DNA from: Octopus bimaculoides
Taxonomy: Eukaryota
NCBI RefSeq assembly: GCF_001194135.2
Contig: NC_068985.1
Coordinates: 28,371,988-28,404,987, forward strand
Direction: 5' to 3'
Length of the DNA: 33,000 nucleotides
Positions 31,270 to 33,000 of the stretch are shown piece by piece. A program made the position numbers and the translations under genes. The notes beneath the pieces are model-generated. The model was given only the letters and a program-made list of their open reading frames with translations, searched no databases and was not told the origin of the DNA. Position 1 is the first letter of the stretch, and the number at the start of each line of letters is the position of its first letter.

Positions 31270-32732
31270 TTTTCACAAATTTATAATAAATAAAATATGG
31301 ATAATGATGATGATGATGATGAAGTGATGGACAGGTGTGACCCCACAAACCACGTTCCACCATTGGACCTTTTCAAATCCTTTATGTCATCCCTTAAGTA
31401 GACACATCCACTCTCAACATCCTTCCACCTTTTCTCGTATATACTTAGTGGGAGGCAACTCCTTTGCAGTCTTATTTCCCTTTTGAGTTGAGAAACAAAA
31501 AGGTGTACCAATCCACGGCTGGAGATGAAGTCATCTGTCACTTCTCCTTTCATGAGAGACTTCCACACTACTTCTTTTGCAATCGCTACTACAGCAAGAA
31601 AACAAAGCTTCCCTTCTTTCTTCCAGAGGGTTGGGGTCGGTGGAACAATCTTTATAATTAATTGAGTCAGAGCACAACTGTAATTCTTTCCAAACGTGAC
31701 AGCAGCCGTTCGACATAAACCCACAACTCCGAGAGTTTCGGACACTGCACAACAGCGTGCAGAACAGTTTCACTGCCTTGTTTGCATCTTGGGCACGTGG
31801 ATTGGTATGAAGAGCCGTTGTTGGCGAGTTTATCTCGAACTAGTAAGGCACTTCGGTAACACTGCCAAGCCAGAGACTTTTGGAAGTTATCCAAAGGCCC
31901 CGCCCCGAATGTCCTTCGAAACAAACCAGCAAGCTGACTATCGTCGAATTCCACCAGAACGTCTTCACACTTGGCCTCTACTAACCCTCTGTAGAATGGC
32001 GAAGTGGAACCCTCGCCACCGGCATTAACCGTCTGAGAGAGAAGCGCGAAAACCTGCCGACATTCGGTCTGCCACGCTCCCAACTTAAGTCTAAGCTTGA
32101 TCCATGGCTCCAATTCACCGAAACTAGTGAATCGAGGAATATTAGCTTGACGAACGGAGACTACACTCGTTCACCATCCAGGTAGAGCCAGAGATGCCTC
32201 AACCTCAGCGCATGCCTGTCCATCATCAGCCACATCATCCCTAGCCCACCTTTCAGCGGATATTGGCAGTAGATAGAGCACCTTACAAGCCTTACAAAAA
32301 GCGAAAGAGCAATCGTTCCAACTTGCTTAGCCAAGAATCAGGGCAAGGCACGACGGTTAGGCGGTAAGGGATCACAGGTGCGATAAACACATTCATGATC
32401 TCCGCCCTCCCTTTCAGGGATAACTACTGCTCAGACCAGGTCTGAGTTAAGTGAGTCACCCTGCACGTAACCTCGCTCCAGTTTTTTCTCTGGAGGTCCA
32501 GACCGAACCAAACCCCTAGCATTTTTACTAGACCGTTCATCCATAGTCCCATGACGCTGTTGGGCAGCATCGACTTACCTCTCTAGGTGCCGAGCTGCAA
32601 GCCGACCGACTTCTCACGATTAATTTTTACTCCTGCCACCACCTCATATTCCTTTATAACCTCACATACCCACTGCAGGTGCTTGACCATGGATACGATG
32701 ATTGTGATGTTGTCTGCATACGCCGTTAATCT
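31270..32732 (-). mobile_element. 5'-truncated L1/Tx1-type LINE: RT C-terminal half plus CCHC zinc knuckle, inactivated
   Basis: AYADNITII (YADD site, 32709-32720), GVKINREKSVGL, KMLGVWFG, LSLKGRAEI, PLKGGLGM and CPRCKQGSETVLHAVVQC (CX2CX8HX4C, 31742-31795); stops and frameshifts. Confidence 0.92.
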
Positions 32733-33000
32733 ATTTTTGAGAATAGTTTTCTTACTGAAGCAGGTTGATATGTTTTAATTCTAAAATAATGGTTTACATA
32801 AATGGCAATTGGGCATAAAACACATATTGAATGGTTAGCTGCACTTCCAATAACTAAACACATTAGATGCACGTCCAATGTCTAAACACATTTCGCCTAA
32901 AGTATTCTCTTTGTGCTTCATTCTTTTCAATGACTTTTCTAAAACAAGGCTAACAATTTCTTCACAGAAGCAAAATAAACGCTTATAAGTCTCTGAATTA

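Noticed and set aside
24020-32590. TGG to TAG/TGA changes in LINE relics as APOBEC-like hypermutation
   Set aside because: Trp-to-stop changes are simply the easiest mutations to notice, and no consensus is available to show a G-to-A excess.
7835-32732. Excess of minus-strand retroelements as evidence of a host gene's orientation
   Set aside because: The ratio is roughly 2:1 on about two dozen non-independent elements, too few to be meaningful.

Overview
AT-rich eukaryotic (animal) genomic DNA from a gapped short-read-style scaffold (7 N-runs). The repeat families resemble, from recall, those of coleoid cephalopods, most likely Octopus; this is an inference and no database search was run. 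No protein-coding gene can be called confidently: almost all ORFs in the track are translated microsatellites or span N-gaps. The window reads as intronic or intergenic DNA. It contains about 18 copies of four tRNA-headed SINE families (labelled A-D here), fragments of a fifth repeat family (E), four decayed R4/Dong-type RLE non-LTR retrotransposon fragments, one 5'-truncated L1/Tx1-type LINE, a mariner-derived MITE, an unclassified ~560-bp element and many simple repeats. The most informative observations are: a GTCGA-N5-TCGAC hairpin shared by two different SINE families; a SINE nested in a SINE with an 11-bp target-site duplication; a closely spaced inverted SINE pair (potential dsRNA/ADAR substrate); Dong-like elements bounded by (TAA)n; a candidate minus-strand exon with Thr/Ser-rich and His-rich alternative frames; and two motif-dense promoter-like patches. 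I found no convincing new biological system.
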